Origin: Eledone cirrhosa
Taxonomy: Eukaryota
Length of the DNA stretch: 64,000 nucleotides
NCBI GenBank assembly: GCA_964016885.1
Contig: OZ024740.1
Span: forward strand, 146,072,001-146,136,000
Reading direction: 5' to 3'
Shown here: piece after piece, positions 23,434 to 37,112 of the stretch
Numbering within the stretch: position 1 is the stretch's first letter
Layout of the letters: each line of letters starts with the position of its first letter
Notes under the pieces: generated by a model
Database searches by the model: none
What the model was told of the DNA's origin: nothing
The model's input: only the letters and a program-made list of their open reading frames with translations
Made by a program: the position numbers and the translations under genes

Positions 23434-24662
23434 GAAGTTGAATAGTTACATGGTGGCCGGCAGTGTTTTGCTTTATCCGCGAAGGTTGCAGGATACCAGC
23501 AAAAAGACGAATTGCTGGCGGGCAAGCTGGCGTTACGGCGTGAAGTCGCGAAGGAATGCGAACGACTTCTTGGCCACCTGGGAGATGGCCTACTCTCCCT
23601 ACATAATTTTGCGACTTGACGCGTCAATCGCCTTCAACATGGCATCCTCGTGTGTCGAGACGGGCTGGTTCAGAAAAGTCGAAGAGGCAACAAGCGAGTC
23701 CGACGAGGTAGCTTTCCTAGAGAATTCCACAATTCGATCGGCAGACGCAGCGATCTGCTCCACCGAGCTCGAGTCCACTATGGTAGCCAATATAATCTGT
23801 ACATTGTTAGGCAAGCGAGAAAAAAATAGCTTTTTGATAAATGAACTATCCTCATTGGGCAATTCACTGAGGTCCCGAATGTGGCGTAAAAATTTGGACG
23901 GCGACCTGTCGCCTAAAAACTCGCCCTCCAATAATGCACGAAACCTGCTTTCAGCAGAACGGCAGTTTCTCCTTAATATTTCCGTCCTCAACGAATCATA
24001 CGAAGTACCGGTTGGCGGGTCCATTATTAAATCTTTCACCGTGATGGCGAGCGACGAAGGTATACCACTAATCAAAACATTGAGTTTCTGTTCTGTTTTA
24101 ATTCCATTTGCAGCAAAATATGCATCCAGTTGCGCAAACCAGAGCTTGGGATCACCGGAGAACGCAGGTAAATTAGGACTACTCATCATTAGTATGTATC
24201 AGTTCCACATAAAAAATACTAAATGATATCCAAGTAAAGAAATGCAACGCGTGTTAGATGTTTGGAACAATGGGAAAACAACACAAATTTCCTTCAACAT
24301 CCATGAAGAAAGAAGAAATGCAAAATCCGGAATCGACAAGTCACAATAATTCAAGGCAGAAAAATTAAATGTTTTTTTTTTTTTTTATTGGAGAAGGAGA
24401 TGGCATCACATGATGCATTTCAGCCAATCAGATGGCTGAATTTCGGAGAAGTAAGTCAATTGGCCGGAAAATTGGCGGACTAGTCAGCCATTGTGAATTT
24501 TTTTTTGTGTTAAACGAACAATTTTCAATTTCGTTATTTTCGCATAGTTGCAAGAAATAAAATATTAGTTTCGTCAATTTTTTTTTTCTATGTTTCTCTA
24601 GAAGTTTTTAGAAGTCTTTTAGAAGTTTTTCGAAGTTTTTTTAGAAGGCTGTGTAATGCATA

Positions 24663-24676
24663 ATCGGGGTCAACCA
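24663..24676 (-). promoter_or_regulatory. Primer-binding site, tRNA-Trp-like
   Basis: TGGTTGACCCCGAT versus the tRNA-Trp PBS TGGTGACCCCGAC; putative 5' LTR at about 24678-24906. Confidence 0.65.
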
Positions 24677-25868
24677 CTTTAGACGAATGTGTATTTGTGT
24701 ATTTATGACTTGCAAAAATATTCAGAAGAATACAAATGGCTGGTGCATGTTTGTACAATCAGCTCCAAGAAAAATGCGTGTTGTCGCACTGCATTTATTT
24801 TGCCGGAGTGTCTGTGTTATTTTTATGACGCCCGTTTGTGACGTCAGAGCTATCACACCACAGGTGTCGCTTCGCTACCAGTTTTTCATAGTTTATTGCT
24901 AGCACAATCTTCTCAGCACTTATTCAGCCTTCATGACCTCATCTATTTGTATGATGTATCCATATCTATACAATAGTCTTTTGTGTTTATGATCAACACA
25001 CAATATCAATATATTAACTTCTTATGTTTCATATAGTTTGCCTTTTACACATAGAGGAAGCCTTAATTTACAACAAAGGTAAAAATTCACAAAATATTAA
25101 ACCTCTAACTTTTACCATGATTTTATTACTGGCAAACTATTTTGTGGTTACTTCAAAGACCAAAGTTTATATAAAGGAAAATTTAGAACTGTACAATCTT
25201 TCAGACAGGTGCCATGACCCAATGTTTGATATTCTGAAGGTCTTAAGTCTTCTAATCATTATCTACCATGTAAACTCATGTAGTATTTGATACAAGCAGG
25301 GGTCAACTGCACGTTAAAATAATCCTTGTCAAAGACTAAAAATGAAAGAAATCCTACTGAAGACATTAGTTGATATTCACCAGTGCACTAAATTTCTTAC
25401 TTTGCCCACTACTTTAGCACCTTCATATATGTTTTCAATAGCTTTTACAAACCAGCTATCTTCATCTAACTTGCACATTACCATACTACAGAGTTTGGGA
25501 TACTGGCATACACTTTCATTACCATATTTCTAATGAAATACTTGAATGAAATATTTGAATTAATTGATGAAAGATTTTGAAGAATATACTGAAATTATTA
25601 ATTATTTCATTATCTTGTTATTTGTAATATTTTAAAATGTCCTTATATCAAAATATGTTGGATAATTTTAATTTAAATAGAACCTTTTAAAGTAGTTTTG
25701 TTTCATAGAACCAGAACCAGTTTGGGGCAGATTGGTATCAAAAGGGTCAATAACCATATCATAAAAATGATAACAAAATGAACAAACAATAATAAAGTCA
25801 TCAGAAATAACAAGAAATGTGAATCAGAGATGTGATCGGATCAAATAATAAGACTCACTATACTTGCT

Positions 25869-26080
25869 TTAACCCTTTAGCATTTACATTACTACTGTAT
25901 TTTTGCAGTAAAGGCTTTATCTCGCATAATTATCTTACATGATATCAAATCTACAAGATTTTGATGATGTTATTATTTATTTTGAGAACAATACCTTAAC
26001 ATTGGTATAAGTGGCTGGTTCTGGCTGGTTTGAACATAAAGAGGTGGAAGAATTCTGGCTGGATACGGCCGATTTGAATG
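25869..26080 (+). mobile_element. TTAA MITE, right end decayed
   Basis: TTAACCCTTTAGCATTTA start and family interior. Confidence 0.8.
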
Positions 26081-26499
26081 TAACAACTTTTTTAAACAAA
26101 ATATTTACAAGACAAAAAAAAAACTTCACGAAGTTCAATAAATTATTATTTGGTATCAGCAAAGAAGTAGGATAGATCAAATAAAATCAGTGTGGCCTGG
26201 GAGTAGAAATAATGAACATCTGATTGTTTGATTTTAGAATAAATATTAATACTCCCTATACCCAACACTCACACCCCCAACTGACCTTCCATGTCTAACA
26301 CAGAAAGCTGAGCACATCCCACAATATATTTGCCAGACATATTTGCTTCAAGATCATCACTATGACATGATGCTTCCTCTCTCATGGTGGGATGAATCCC
26401 ACTTCTCTCAGCAAGCAGCATATAGACTGCCTCCGTATCCATCAATGCCTCTTCAGCCTGGCCAAAGACACACCGAGCACTCTAATTTTGTAATAAGAT

Positions 26500-26975
26500 A
26501 GTTTTGGTGCCATGATACAATGCACCCAGCCCATTCTGTAAACTATTTGTGCTGGTTACACAATAAAAAGCACTTAGTTCACCCATAAGATAGTAGTGGC
26601 AGTGCCATGATAAAAAGTACCCAGTTTGCTCCATAAGGTGGAAGTGCTGGTGCCATGATAAAGAGCACCCAATCCACCCTGCTGGTGTCATGATAAAGCA
26701 CTCAGTCTACACAGTAAGGCAGTAGTGCTGGTGACATGACAAAAAGCACAAAATTTACTCTGTAATGGTGGTAGTGCTGAAGTCATGATGAAATGTACCC
26801 AGTACACACTGTAAAGTGGTTGGCATTAGGAAAGGCATCCAGCCATAGAAACCATGTCAAAAATGAAGTGTACAAGCAAGATGTGGTCATCTGACCAGTC
26901 TAGTCTCAGAATGTGACAATCTGTCTAATCCATGCTAACATGGAAAATAGACGTTAAACGGAGGTGGTGGTGATG
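26500..26975 (+). repeat. RTE-derived SINE-like element with tandemly amplified 5' module
   Basis: About six or seven diverged units of GTGCTGGTGCCATGATAAAAAGCACCCAGT, then GTTGGCATTAGGAAAGGCATCCAGC and the RTE tail. Confidence 0.65.
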
Positions 26976-27315
26976 ACAATGAAAATATCATATACATATC
27001 ATTTTGAATTTAGATTCTTTATAGTTCTCCAGTTAAAGCTCTAATATTTCTGCATTTTTAAGTAATTTATATCTAAGTCAGTGCTAAAACTTTCATCAGC
27101 TGTAATTTGTAGATTTAGTTAAAAGATTATATTTTTCATTAGTAGAGTTAAACCTCAATTATATAAATAAGATGGGCACGGAGTATTTTGTTCACATAAC
27201 TGATTGATTGGATAATTGATCTGATCATAATGTTTACCATCCTGTACTACATGAAACCACATCAGTAAGATATTTTTGAAAAGTACAACAAAACAACACT
27301 ATGGCTGCATCTGAT

Positions 27316-27705
27316 TAAAATGGCAAAATGCCAGCAGTGACAACAGCCAGTAAGAATAACCTCAAAGGACAGAAATCTATGGCTAGATATATGTTGGTCA
27401 GTAGGAGTGATAGGAAAAAAAACTTTTCATCCTTCTATCTGTGCTGTTTATCACACACAACATACCAGCAGAAAGATTTATTTTTCTGTTGCACGATTCA
27501 GCATTTTAAAATGGTACTCTCAATAAAATTGGGCAAAACCACAGCTGATCTGAGAGCTGAAGAGTTTAAAAGATGTGTGTGTAATCTTGTTTTGTTCTTT
27601 TTCTTCCTATTACTTCTGCAGGCCAACACATTTCTAGCCACTGATTTCTGTCCTTTCAGGTAATTTTTACCTGTCGCAGCCATTGATGGCATTTTGCTGT
27701 TTTAA
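27316..27705. repeat. Old imperfect inverted repeat (MITE-like)
   Basis: 27316-27423 matches the reverse complement of about 27590-27705; the mirrored ORFs 27328 and 27498 share MP....KN.LKGQKS.AR. Confidence 0.7.
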
Positions 27706-28105
27706 CAGCTATTCTTGTGTTGAGTTTTATTCATTATTCCATGAATTCTAATACACCTGTGCTTCAACTCGATCTTCGAGAAAACTTTGTTTATATTCAA
27801 GTCTTTACTTTATTACTGCAAATTTTCAATGCAGCCTGTGTATTAATAAGGATACTCTAAGCATTTGAATTAACAAACCTGTTTTCAGACATATTACAAG
27901 ATTTTAAAAGTTAGGTAAAAAGGTATGTTTACAAATTTTTTTTTCATTCAACCCATAAAATGCTGTGCTCTTGTGCAATCTTTGATGCCTTTTCACTAAA
28001 ATACAGAAGTTGTAAAATGTCACTTTTTTGTTTGATTGTCATGGTAACTGCAACAAACTTGCTTCCATAACAGAAGGTTGTAGTGTAAATGATTTTGCCA
28101 TGTAT

Positions 28106-28330
28106 TTAACCCTTTAGCATTTAAACCGGCCGTATCCAGCCAGATTTCTCTCACTTTTTCTGTTCAAATAAGCTGTAACTTGCCACTCATACTGATGTTA
28201 AGGTATTGTTCTCAAAATAAATAATATCGAAATCTCAGATTCCATATTATGTGAGATAATTATGTGTGATAAAGCCTTTACCATGAAAATACAATAGTAA
28301 ATATAAATAATGTGAATGCTAAAGGGTTAA
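28106..28330 (-). mobile_element. TTAA MITE
   Basis: Full TIRs with TTAA at both ends. Confidence 0.88.
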
Positions 28331-29048
28331 ATCCTTCAGTATATCAGTCATTTTTATGTGATTCAATATCTTTCTTGGTCTTCTTCATCTACTTCCTTCC
28401 GAATTAATTTCCATTACTCCTCTCACCCAGTCACTTTTAATCCTTCCTCAACAAACCCAAACTATCTAAATTCTCTTCACAACATTCCTCACAGGTTCTA
28501 TTCTCATCACAATTTATTTTGTCTTCTCTCAGTGATACACCACACAACCACTGGACCAGTTTCATTTCTTTTCTCAGCAGCCTTCTCTTTTTCTCCATGT
28601 CTCACTCCCATAAAACATGACACTTTTTACACATGCAGCATACATCTTTCCCTGTAGTTTTAGTGACAATTCCACTCCTCATTAGCACACCACTCAGTCA
28701 TCATCATCATCACCATTGTTTAACATCTATTTTCCATGCTCGCATGGGTTAGACAGTTATACCATGCTGAGGTCAGATGTCAAATGACTAGATCATGTAT
28801 GTATGCTTTATTTTGGCTTGGTTTCTCAGCTGGATGTTCTTCCTAATGCCAACCACTTTACAGCATGTACTGGGAGCATTTTATGGCTCCAACACTACCA
28901 CCTTACATGGTGGACTGGCTGCTTTTCATCATAGCACCAACACTACCACCTAACATGGTGGACTGGGTGCTTTTCACCATGGCACCAAACTACCATTCAG
29001 TCAGTGTATGAAACAAATTTGAAGTTTAAAAATAAATAAACAAAGAGT

Positions 29049-29463
29049 TCAACAGCATTTAATAGCAGCCCTTAGCTTGGCAGATCGAGCTCGAGGGTTC
29101 TGTTTAACTTCTAAAGGATCTGACACAATAACCTTCTTCTGTATAGGATTCCAACTCTTTGTTACTAGTTCTTGCATAGACATTGCGTTGTATATTTTTG
29201 AAGGACTTAGTAGCTGATGATTGCTTAAAGATATGTTCTTAGGAGCACTAATATCAGTTCCATGAAAATATCTTTTGACAATACGATCTTCAAGAGAATG
29301 GAAAGAAATAACTGCACAAACACCTCCTTTTTTCAGATAATCCTGAGCTACAATTAAGCCATTTGACAGCTGGTTTAGTTCATTGTTCACAAATATACGT
29401 AATGCTTGAAATGTTTTTGTTGCAACATGGGCTGGTCGCTGTAGCTTATCTTGTTTCATTGGA
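29049..29463 (-). CDS. METTL15: METTL15 coding exon 5 (last)
   Basis: Acceptor tttcAG at 29465-64; [42 protein letters not shown]; TGA at 29051-49; 415 nt. Confidence 0.95.
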
Positions 29464-30959
29464 CTGAAATAGAAACAAAAAAGTTAGATTTAATGCAAAT
29501 AAAGACTAACTAACACTGCTAATTATAAAATAATTCAATATATACCAGCAGAGACTCATGTTGCACATTTTCCATATTCCTTGATGACACAACAATCTCT
29601 CAAGTGCTGGTGCCATGATAAAATGGACTCAGAACATTGCTAAGTGGTAGTGCTGATGCCACAATAAAATCTTAAGTGGTTGGCATTAGGAGGGGCATCC
29701 ATGGTAAAAATGGTTCTTTAACCTATCTGGTCAAGACCATGACAAGCCATTTAACACATGCCAACATGGAAAATGGGCGTAAAATGATGATGGTGATGAT
29801 GATGATGATCTTTAAGAGAGTAGGCATTCAGAAATAAAATCAATAAATCTTCAGAGCAGAGCAATCTTATCAGTAAAAAAATACATTTCTTTACTTATTT
29901 CAAAGTTAACCCCCCCCCCCCCCCAAAAAAAAAAAACCACCTTTTGCCCACTTCAATTAGACTCCTCTCTCCAGAGCTAAAGAATATTTCAGTGATGAGT
30001 AACAGTTGACATTCTATTATTTTTCTCATATTTGGCATGGCACATATTTTTATCACTAACATAATGGAAACATTCTGAAGAAAACCATCCACTTACTTGA
30101 TCAATAATATACTCTTGCTTACTAAAAATATTTAATCTCAGGCTGATCATTGTTTTGTCTGTTCTCTTTATTTTATCTATTTCATTATTATCATCATCAT
30201 TTAACATCCACTTTCCTTACTAGCAAAAGTTGAACAGGTCAACATAGACCAAGTCTGTACAGAAGCAAGGCTACTGACCTCTAGTCAGGCTGGGGATCTG
30301 CATCTCACTTACTTACGGTCCCACATTCTACCAAGTGCACCAACACATGAGAGGTTGACATACCCTTGACACAACTGAAGAGTCCTCTCAACCTTTTTAT
30401 TGACAAGTTTTCTACAGTTGGATGACCTTCCTATCACCAACTACTTTACAGATGGTACTGGGTAAGTTTATCCTGTAGATCACCAACACTAGAAAGGTTG
30501 TGCCATTGACACAACTGAAGGGTCCGCTCAACCCCTTTTAGGTATGGTTTCTACAGCAGGGTACCCTTCCTCACAAAGTGTACCAGGTACATTTTTGTAG
30601 CAACTATAGAGGTTGTTGGTCATTGTCCCAACTGGAAAGCCCCCCTCTGTTCTGTGAATAGTTGGAGGAGAATGAGAGTTAAGGGAGATAAGTATGAAGT
30701 TATGGATAGTACTGCATGTGTGTCTGATTAGACAGGGTGATGGAAGGGGAAGGGGTAACTTTTGATAACATAGAAGGTGATGGGATGTAGTGGTGGTATT
30801 TATTTATTTTACTTGCTTCAATCAGTAAACTGTGGCCATGCTGGGGTACCATATTTATTTTTTACTATAATTATTATGAGTATATATTGACTTCGTTAAA
30901 CAGTTTAAAATATTAAAAGAACTTTCCTTCTATATATAATGGCTCAAGTATATAAGTAT

Positions 30960-31290
30960 TAATGCCACTCACCAAGATATCACAACCACTTGCTCACAAA
31001 TGGCGCTGTTTCTTCTCACTCTCTCTTCTATCACCCTTAGATCTAGCTGACTCTCTTCTATCACCCTGAGATCTAGCTAGCTGCATACCTTCTCTATTAA
31101 AGTACACTCAAGCAATTCATCATCCTCACTTCTCAGAACTGTAACCTGGAATTTTTTTTCCTGATCATGTTTTTCCTGGAGACATCGACCTACAGGTGTT
31201 CAAACTGAACATTGACTCCACCAATCTCATCATTCAAGGAAGAATGTAAAAGCCATAGGGCACTGCTTCTCCTACTTTTAATGGGCTTAA
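30960..31290 (+). mobile_element. Degenerate CR1-like LINE 3' remnant
   Basis: Peptide remnant RTVTWN..PDHVFPGDIDLQVFK; 29-bp tandem duplication at about 31020-31080. Confidence 0.45.
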
Positions 31291-31988
31291 AAAATAAAGT
31301 GTTGAACACAAACCTTATGAATTATCAAAGTACTAGGAGTATTTGAAATATGAAAATGTAAGAGTCCCAATATCAAAAAATTACTATAAATAATAGTTAA
31401 GAAAATTAGGTAAATTACCCTTAGAGATGGAAAAAAGTACCTCTGTACACTTTTTTTCACCTCTACAATTTTTTTCACCCTTCTTCTTCGCCCACTTATT
31501 CCTGAGAGGGTCGTAGCGGCAGAGTCCTCAAACACTCCTTCCAGTGAGTCCTGTCAGAAGCAACCACCTCTAACTGATTCTAACAATCTATACTGATTGA
31601 TTGTTATTACAGTTATTTTCTGCATTTGGGACTCTCACATTTTCATATTTCAAAGTGTATTATAACATAAATCAAATACAACTGTTACTTTAGGCAACAA
31701 ATGATGTTTTCAAGAAATATTCTTCACTTGTATTACATCACTGTAATCAACACTGTAATCATTAGTTTACTTAATACTGTGTGCTGATAATTATCAGCAC
31801 ATATTATCTGATCACATTATAATCTGATCACATTGAATTAGCATAAGAAAAGCCATCTATAACACTTTATTGTAGTAACACCCGCTTTAGTACAGTTGTT
31901 AAGTGATCTAGTTAGGTAGAAAGGTCAGCTATGATAACACAATGAAGCAAATGTTAAATATGATGATAAATAGTTTAGAAACATTTAC

Positions 31989-32183
31989 CTGTCAAATACA
32001 CTTGCTACAATTGTTGCCAACTGATGTGTAGTTACTATTTTTCCAAATGCAGCCCGAAACTGCACAATAGCATGAGCTATATCATGAGATTTCTTTTCTT
32101 CTCCATATTTCCTTATAAGTTCATGCAAACCCTTTTCATCCAAATTGTTTACTACATCAGCAGCAGTAGGTTGGTTAGATTCT
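31989..32183 (-). CDS. METTL15: METTL15 coding exon 4
   Basis: AG/GT bounded, 195 nt, phase 2-2; PTAADVVN..YGEEK..IVTTHQLA. Confidence 0.93.
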
Positions 32184-32335
32184 CTAAGAAAATATAAAAA
32201 AATATTTATAAAATACAATAAACAAACATAAACACAACAGTAAAATATGATGTTATACACATGTAATACTTACTTTTCTATTATGTAAATTATCTAATAA
32301 TATAGTAGTAGTAGTAGTAGCAGCAGTAGCTAAGT

Positions 32336-32564
32336 TTAACCCTTTAGCATTTACATTACTCTATATTTACTATTGTATTTTTGTGGTAAAGGCTTTATCT
32401 CACATAATTATCTGATATAATATCAAATCTATGAGATCTTGATATTATTTATTTTGAGAACAACACATTAACATCAGTCTGAGCAGCCAGTTACAGCTAG
32501 TTTGAACAGCAAGAAGTGAGAGAATTCTGACCGAATAAGGCCGGTTTAAATGCAAAAGGGTTAA
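32336..32564 (+). mobile_element. TTAA MITE in METTL15 intron 3
   Basis: Full TIRs with TTAA at both ends. Confidence 0.88.
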
Positions 32565-32812
32565 AAATCAAATTATTTGAGGTTGTTTTGTATTTCATCT
32601 ACACTTGGGTGATAGTAAAATTAACATCGAGAGGTTATGTTAAATTATCATTAATGACTCAAAACTGATGGATATGATTGTCTAAGTGTTTATTTAATGA
32701 CTAAAATAGAATGAAAATTAAGAAAAACTAACTTTTTAAATATTCAAATTCTTTGCAATAAATCTTTGAGGAAAATAAACAGATGAAAGTTAAAAGCAAA
32801 TCAAATCCAAAC

Positions 32813-33007
32813 CTTGATCCACTCATCCTCATATCCAAATTACCATTGAGACTGATAGAAAAGCCTCGATCAGCATCACTGTACTGCATTGAAGAGGTTC
32901 CAGCATCAATAAGTATGCTATCAATTGAGTCTGTTGACATCTGATGCTGTTGCAGTAGATGTGGCAGGTCTTCAAAAGTTCCTAACAGAGGAAGTATATT
33001 ACATTGC
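32813..33007 (-). CDS. METTL15: METTL15 coding exon 3
   Basis: ttttcAG / GTTTGG boundaries, 195 nt, phase 2-2; DAGTSSMQ..RGFS..LDMRM. Confidence 0.93.
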
Positions 33008-33556
33008 CTGAAAAAAGAAAAAAAAAAAGGAAACTAAAGAAACTGATAATGCCTAATAAAGAATTAATTGATTTCTCCTTTGTTTAATCAAGGGAAATTA
33101 TTACAATAATAATGATGATCTTTGAAAATACTCAAAAATATATGCTATTTTAGTGTGTTTGGCACTGTACACCTGAACCATTTCACTATTCCCTGTCTAT
33201 TATTGATTGATTCTACTATGCAGATATATAATAGTTCCTCACTCAATTCTCTTTTACACACTGTAAATGTGGTTAGTGTTAGGAAGGGCATCTAGCTGTA
33301 AAATACCCAGTCAAATTTACAGTCCTTGTCGGAGCAAGGTACAGCATAGCCAACATTGGTTAGACTTGCCTCCCGGCGTGGACAACCTGTCTAACCCATG
33401 CAAGCATGGGAAAATGGATGCTAAACAGTGATGATGCAGACACTGTTATACTCAGTCAAGGTATTGAGAAATTTACAAAGTTCTACAAATTCAGCATGAT
33501 ATCAATTGAAAGATATTTGATTAACTCTTAACATTTTATAATATAATTTATTTAAA

Positions 33557-36500
33557 CCCTCTCGCTAACTACCCCATACCCCTCCGACCCGCCCCCACTC
33601 TCCACCATTATTATTAGACCAATCATAAGTCAGCGGCCTATGCGATCACTTCTGGAGAGTCTGAAAAATCTGGACACTCAGTGACAATGCCAAAGATAAA
33701 GACAAATTCACCTCATGCTGCCGGACGAAAAGGCAAGGACTCCCCATCTTTGTTTCGGCCGCGGATGGCCAACATAACCCCAACCTCATCCCCCCTCCTC
33801 CCTCCCCACCCACCAAACGCAATCCAAAACTTCAGAGTTGGTACCATGAATGTAGGCACCTTAAAAGGTCGCTCTAACGAGGTTGTAGAAATGCTTGAAC
33901 GTAAGGAGGTTGATGTTTGCTGTATCCAAGAGACCAGGTGGAGAGGTGGGTCTGCTAGATTCATTGTGGGTAAAAAACGATGCTATAAGCTTTTCTGGAT
34001 GGGAAATGACAATGGGCTGGGTGGGGTAGGAATCATGTTAGCAGAAAAATGGGTAGATAAGATAATAGACGTAAATAGAGTGAACGACAGAATAATTAAA
34101 ATAAGACTTATCCTAAATAGAACTACTGTGACAGTAATATCTGTGTATGCACCCCAATCCGGACTGCCTGGCGCTATAAAAGACAGATTCTATGAGACAT
34201 TGATGCTCACTACCTCCCAAATAACCGACAGTGACTACATAATTATTGCTGGTGACCTAAATGGTCACGTTGGACAACATTGTGACGGCTATTATGGAAT
34301 CCATGGAGGCTATGGGCTTGGTACTAGAAATGAGGAAGGCTCCAGAATCCTGGAATTCTGTGACGCAAATAACCTAACTATCTGTAACACTAACTTCAAA
34401 AAATGAGACAATCACTTGATCACCTATAGATCAGGGGAACACGCCAGTCAGATAGATTATATCCTTACCAGAAGACGTGATAGAGTGTCTGTTGTTAACA
34501 CTAAATCCCTCCCCCATGAAGAATGCACCTCCCAACATAGACTGATAATTAGCGACCTCATAGTCAGGACGAGACGTACTAGACAGCAGAAGAAGACTAT
34601 CCTCAGGAGAAAAATATGGAAGCTAAAGGACCCCACAGCCAGTAATAAATTTAAAAGCATATTACTTGATGCTTTCGACAGTAAGGAAGAGCAATTAGAG
34701 TCGTACAATATAGAGGAACAGTGGGAATTCCTGAAAGCTAACCTGCTGAAGGCGGCAGATGAAGTCTGTGGTTGGAGCAGGCCTATAGGCAGGAGGAGAG
34801 TAACGTGGTGGTGGAACAGTAAGGTGGAGGAGTCAATTAAGGCCAAAAAGTAGGCTTGGAAAGTATGGCGGGATGGGGGAAGTAGAGAAGACCATCAAGT
34901 GGCCAGGAAGGAAGCTAGGAGACAAGTGTACTTCGCAAGAAAGGAAGCAGAGGAAAGAAAGTTCAAGCATGTTCTACAACGCGAGGACCAAAAACGTGAG
35001 GTGTTCAGGATTGCTAGGCAATATGTCAAAGAAAACCGTGATATTGTCGGGGAGAAGTGTGTCCTTAATGATCATGGTGTACTTGCCATCACTAACGCTG
35101 ATAAGAAGGTAGCTTGGAAGTGTCACTACGAAAGACTACTAAATGAGGAGAATAAAAGGGAGAAAGACAGTCTCCCCCACATCGATCCAATAGAGGGACC
35201 AGCAGTGCTAGTTGAAGGTAGTATAATAAGTAAGGCAATCAAAGATATGAAGACGGGTAAGGCGGCTGGGCCTTCGGAAATAGTTGCTGAAATGCTGAAA
35301 GCATCTGGAATGGTGGGACACACTATGGTCACCCAGATAGTAAACCAAGTCATACAGAATGGGGCCGTTCCGAAAGGCTGGCGTAGCAGCATCATCATTA
35401 ACTGCTACAAGGGTAAAGGAGATGCCCTAGATAGGGGTAACTATAGAGGCATTAAATTAATCGACCAAGTCATGAAGGTCACAGAAAAAGTAATAGTGCA
35501 ACTAATCAGAGAATGAATTGATCTAGATGAAATGCAGTTCGGGTTTGTGTCAGGTAAAAGTACCACAGACGCTCTTTTCATTGTACGACAACTACAGAAG
35601 AAGTACCTAGCTAAAAGTAAACCCCTATACTTAGCTTTTGTTGACTTGGAGAAAGCCTTTAACAGAGTCCCCCGCTCCATTATCTGGTGGGCGCTTAGAA
35701 AACTAGGTGTTGATGAATGGCTTGTGAGAGCTATACAAGCCATGTATAAAGAAACAGTCAGCAAGGTTAGAATTAACAACGAATATAGTGAAGAGTTTAG
35801 CGTAAAAGTTGGTCTTCATCAGGGCTCCGTTCTTAGCCCCCTACTATTTATTATTGACCTTCAGGCTATAACAGAGGAATTCAAGACCGGCTGCCCATGG
35901 GAACTCCTATATGCAGATGATCTAACGCTCATAGCTGAATCAATGGCTGAACTAGAAAAGAAATTCCAAACATGGAAGCATGGCCTAGAATCAAAAGGCC
36001 TTAAAGTTAACTTGTCTAAGACTAAAGTTCTAGTTTGTATGAAGGAAAATAGGGCACCGGTCCCATCTGGGAAATGGCCATGCTCAGTGTGTAGGAAAGG
36101 AGTAGGCAGAAACTCCATTTTATGTCCCAAATGCAAAGTATGGGTGCATAAAAGATGTAGTGGGATCACAGGTAAGCTAACTAAGAATATAGATTTTATA
36201 TGTGGCCGGTGCTCTGGTGCAATAAGTAGCAGCAAGTGCCCACAGAATACTAGCTCATTCCATTGCACAGATGGTTCTATAGAAAGAGTGGACACCTTCC
36301 GTTACTTGGGTGACAAAATCAGCAGTTGGGGAGGGTGCTCTGAAAGTACAGTAGCTAGAGTCAGAACGGGATGGAAAAAGTTCAGAGAGCTTATACCACT
36401 ATTGGCCGCTAAAGGCAGGCTGTATGATGCCTGCATATGAACAGCAATGTTACATGGCAGTGAGACCTGGGCATTGTGTGCAGAGGATATATGCAGACTG

Positions 36501-37112
36501 GAGAGGAACGAAGCTTGCATGCTCCGCTGGATGTGTAATAGTAATATATGTGAACGGAAAAGCATAAAGGAACTAAGGGAGAAATTAGGAATAAGAGGGA
36601 TCAGATGTTCTTTACTCGAGAGAAGACTACATTGGTACGGTCACATGATGCGCATAAAAGACGACAGCTGTATAAAAAAGTGCAGGGCGATAAAAATAGA
36701 CGGTAGCCACGAAGTAGGCAGACCCAGAAAAACCTGGGACAACTTGATAAATTCCGACCTCACACACCTACACCTCTCCAAGACAATGTCACTGGACCGA
36801 GATCTTTGGTGCTACACAGTAATACAGAAAACCCGCCTTGCCTAAGTAGAAAGCGAAACCTACAGTCAGTAGGCACCCCCAACAAAAATACACCCCTATC
36901 CCACTACCCCCACCCCATCCACACCACCCTCTTCAATGTGAAGTTATGTTGGTACCACAACATCCAGTCCGAAACAAATGAGGTCGTGTAGGTGTCACGA
37001 CAAAAAAACACACAGTCCATGCTGTAATGTGGCCGTGTAGGTAACACGGTAAAAACTTCCCAGTCCACACTGTAAACGTGGTTGGTGTTAGGAAGGGCAT
37101 CCAGCCGTAGAA
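33557..37112 (+). mobile_element. Near full-length RTE LINE, subfamily A (APE endonuclease, RT, PHD insert), four in-frame stops
   Basis: ORFs 33681, 34416, 34899, 35532 and 36447 share one frame; TMNVGTL, IQET, GDLN, IDYIL, YADD, FRYLG; the final 3' tail is missing. Confidence 0.95.

Larger units (their letters stand above)
20695..24906 (-). mobile_element. Degenerate Ty3/Gypsy LTR retrotransposon, 3'-truncated
   Basis: gag (PKLWFAQLDAYF, 23599-24189), protease (FLVDTGA, about 23340), RT (YIDD, 22355-22771), RNase H (VDAS..ELLA..YTDH, 21667-22146) and integrase (21272-21709, 20690-21238). Frameshifted; no 3' LTR seen. Confidence 0.93.

Noticed and set aside
23303-24226. 307-aa plus-strand ORF
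   Set aside because: Antisense shadow of Gypsy gag/protease.
26500-26800. CRISPR-like repeat-spacer appearance
   Set aside because: Eukaryotic context, degenerate repeats, related spacers, no cas genes.
29049-29060. METTL15 C-terminal CC as a prenylation motif
   Set aside because: Expected mitochondrial matrix protein; CC prenylation needs a Rab fold; likely coincidence.
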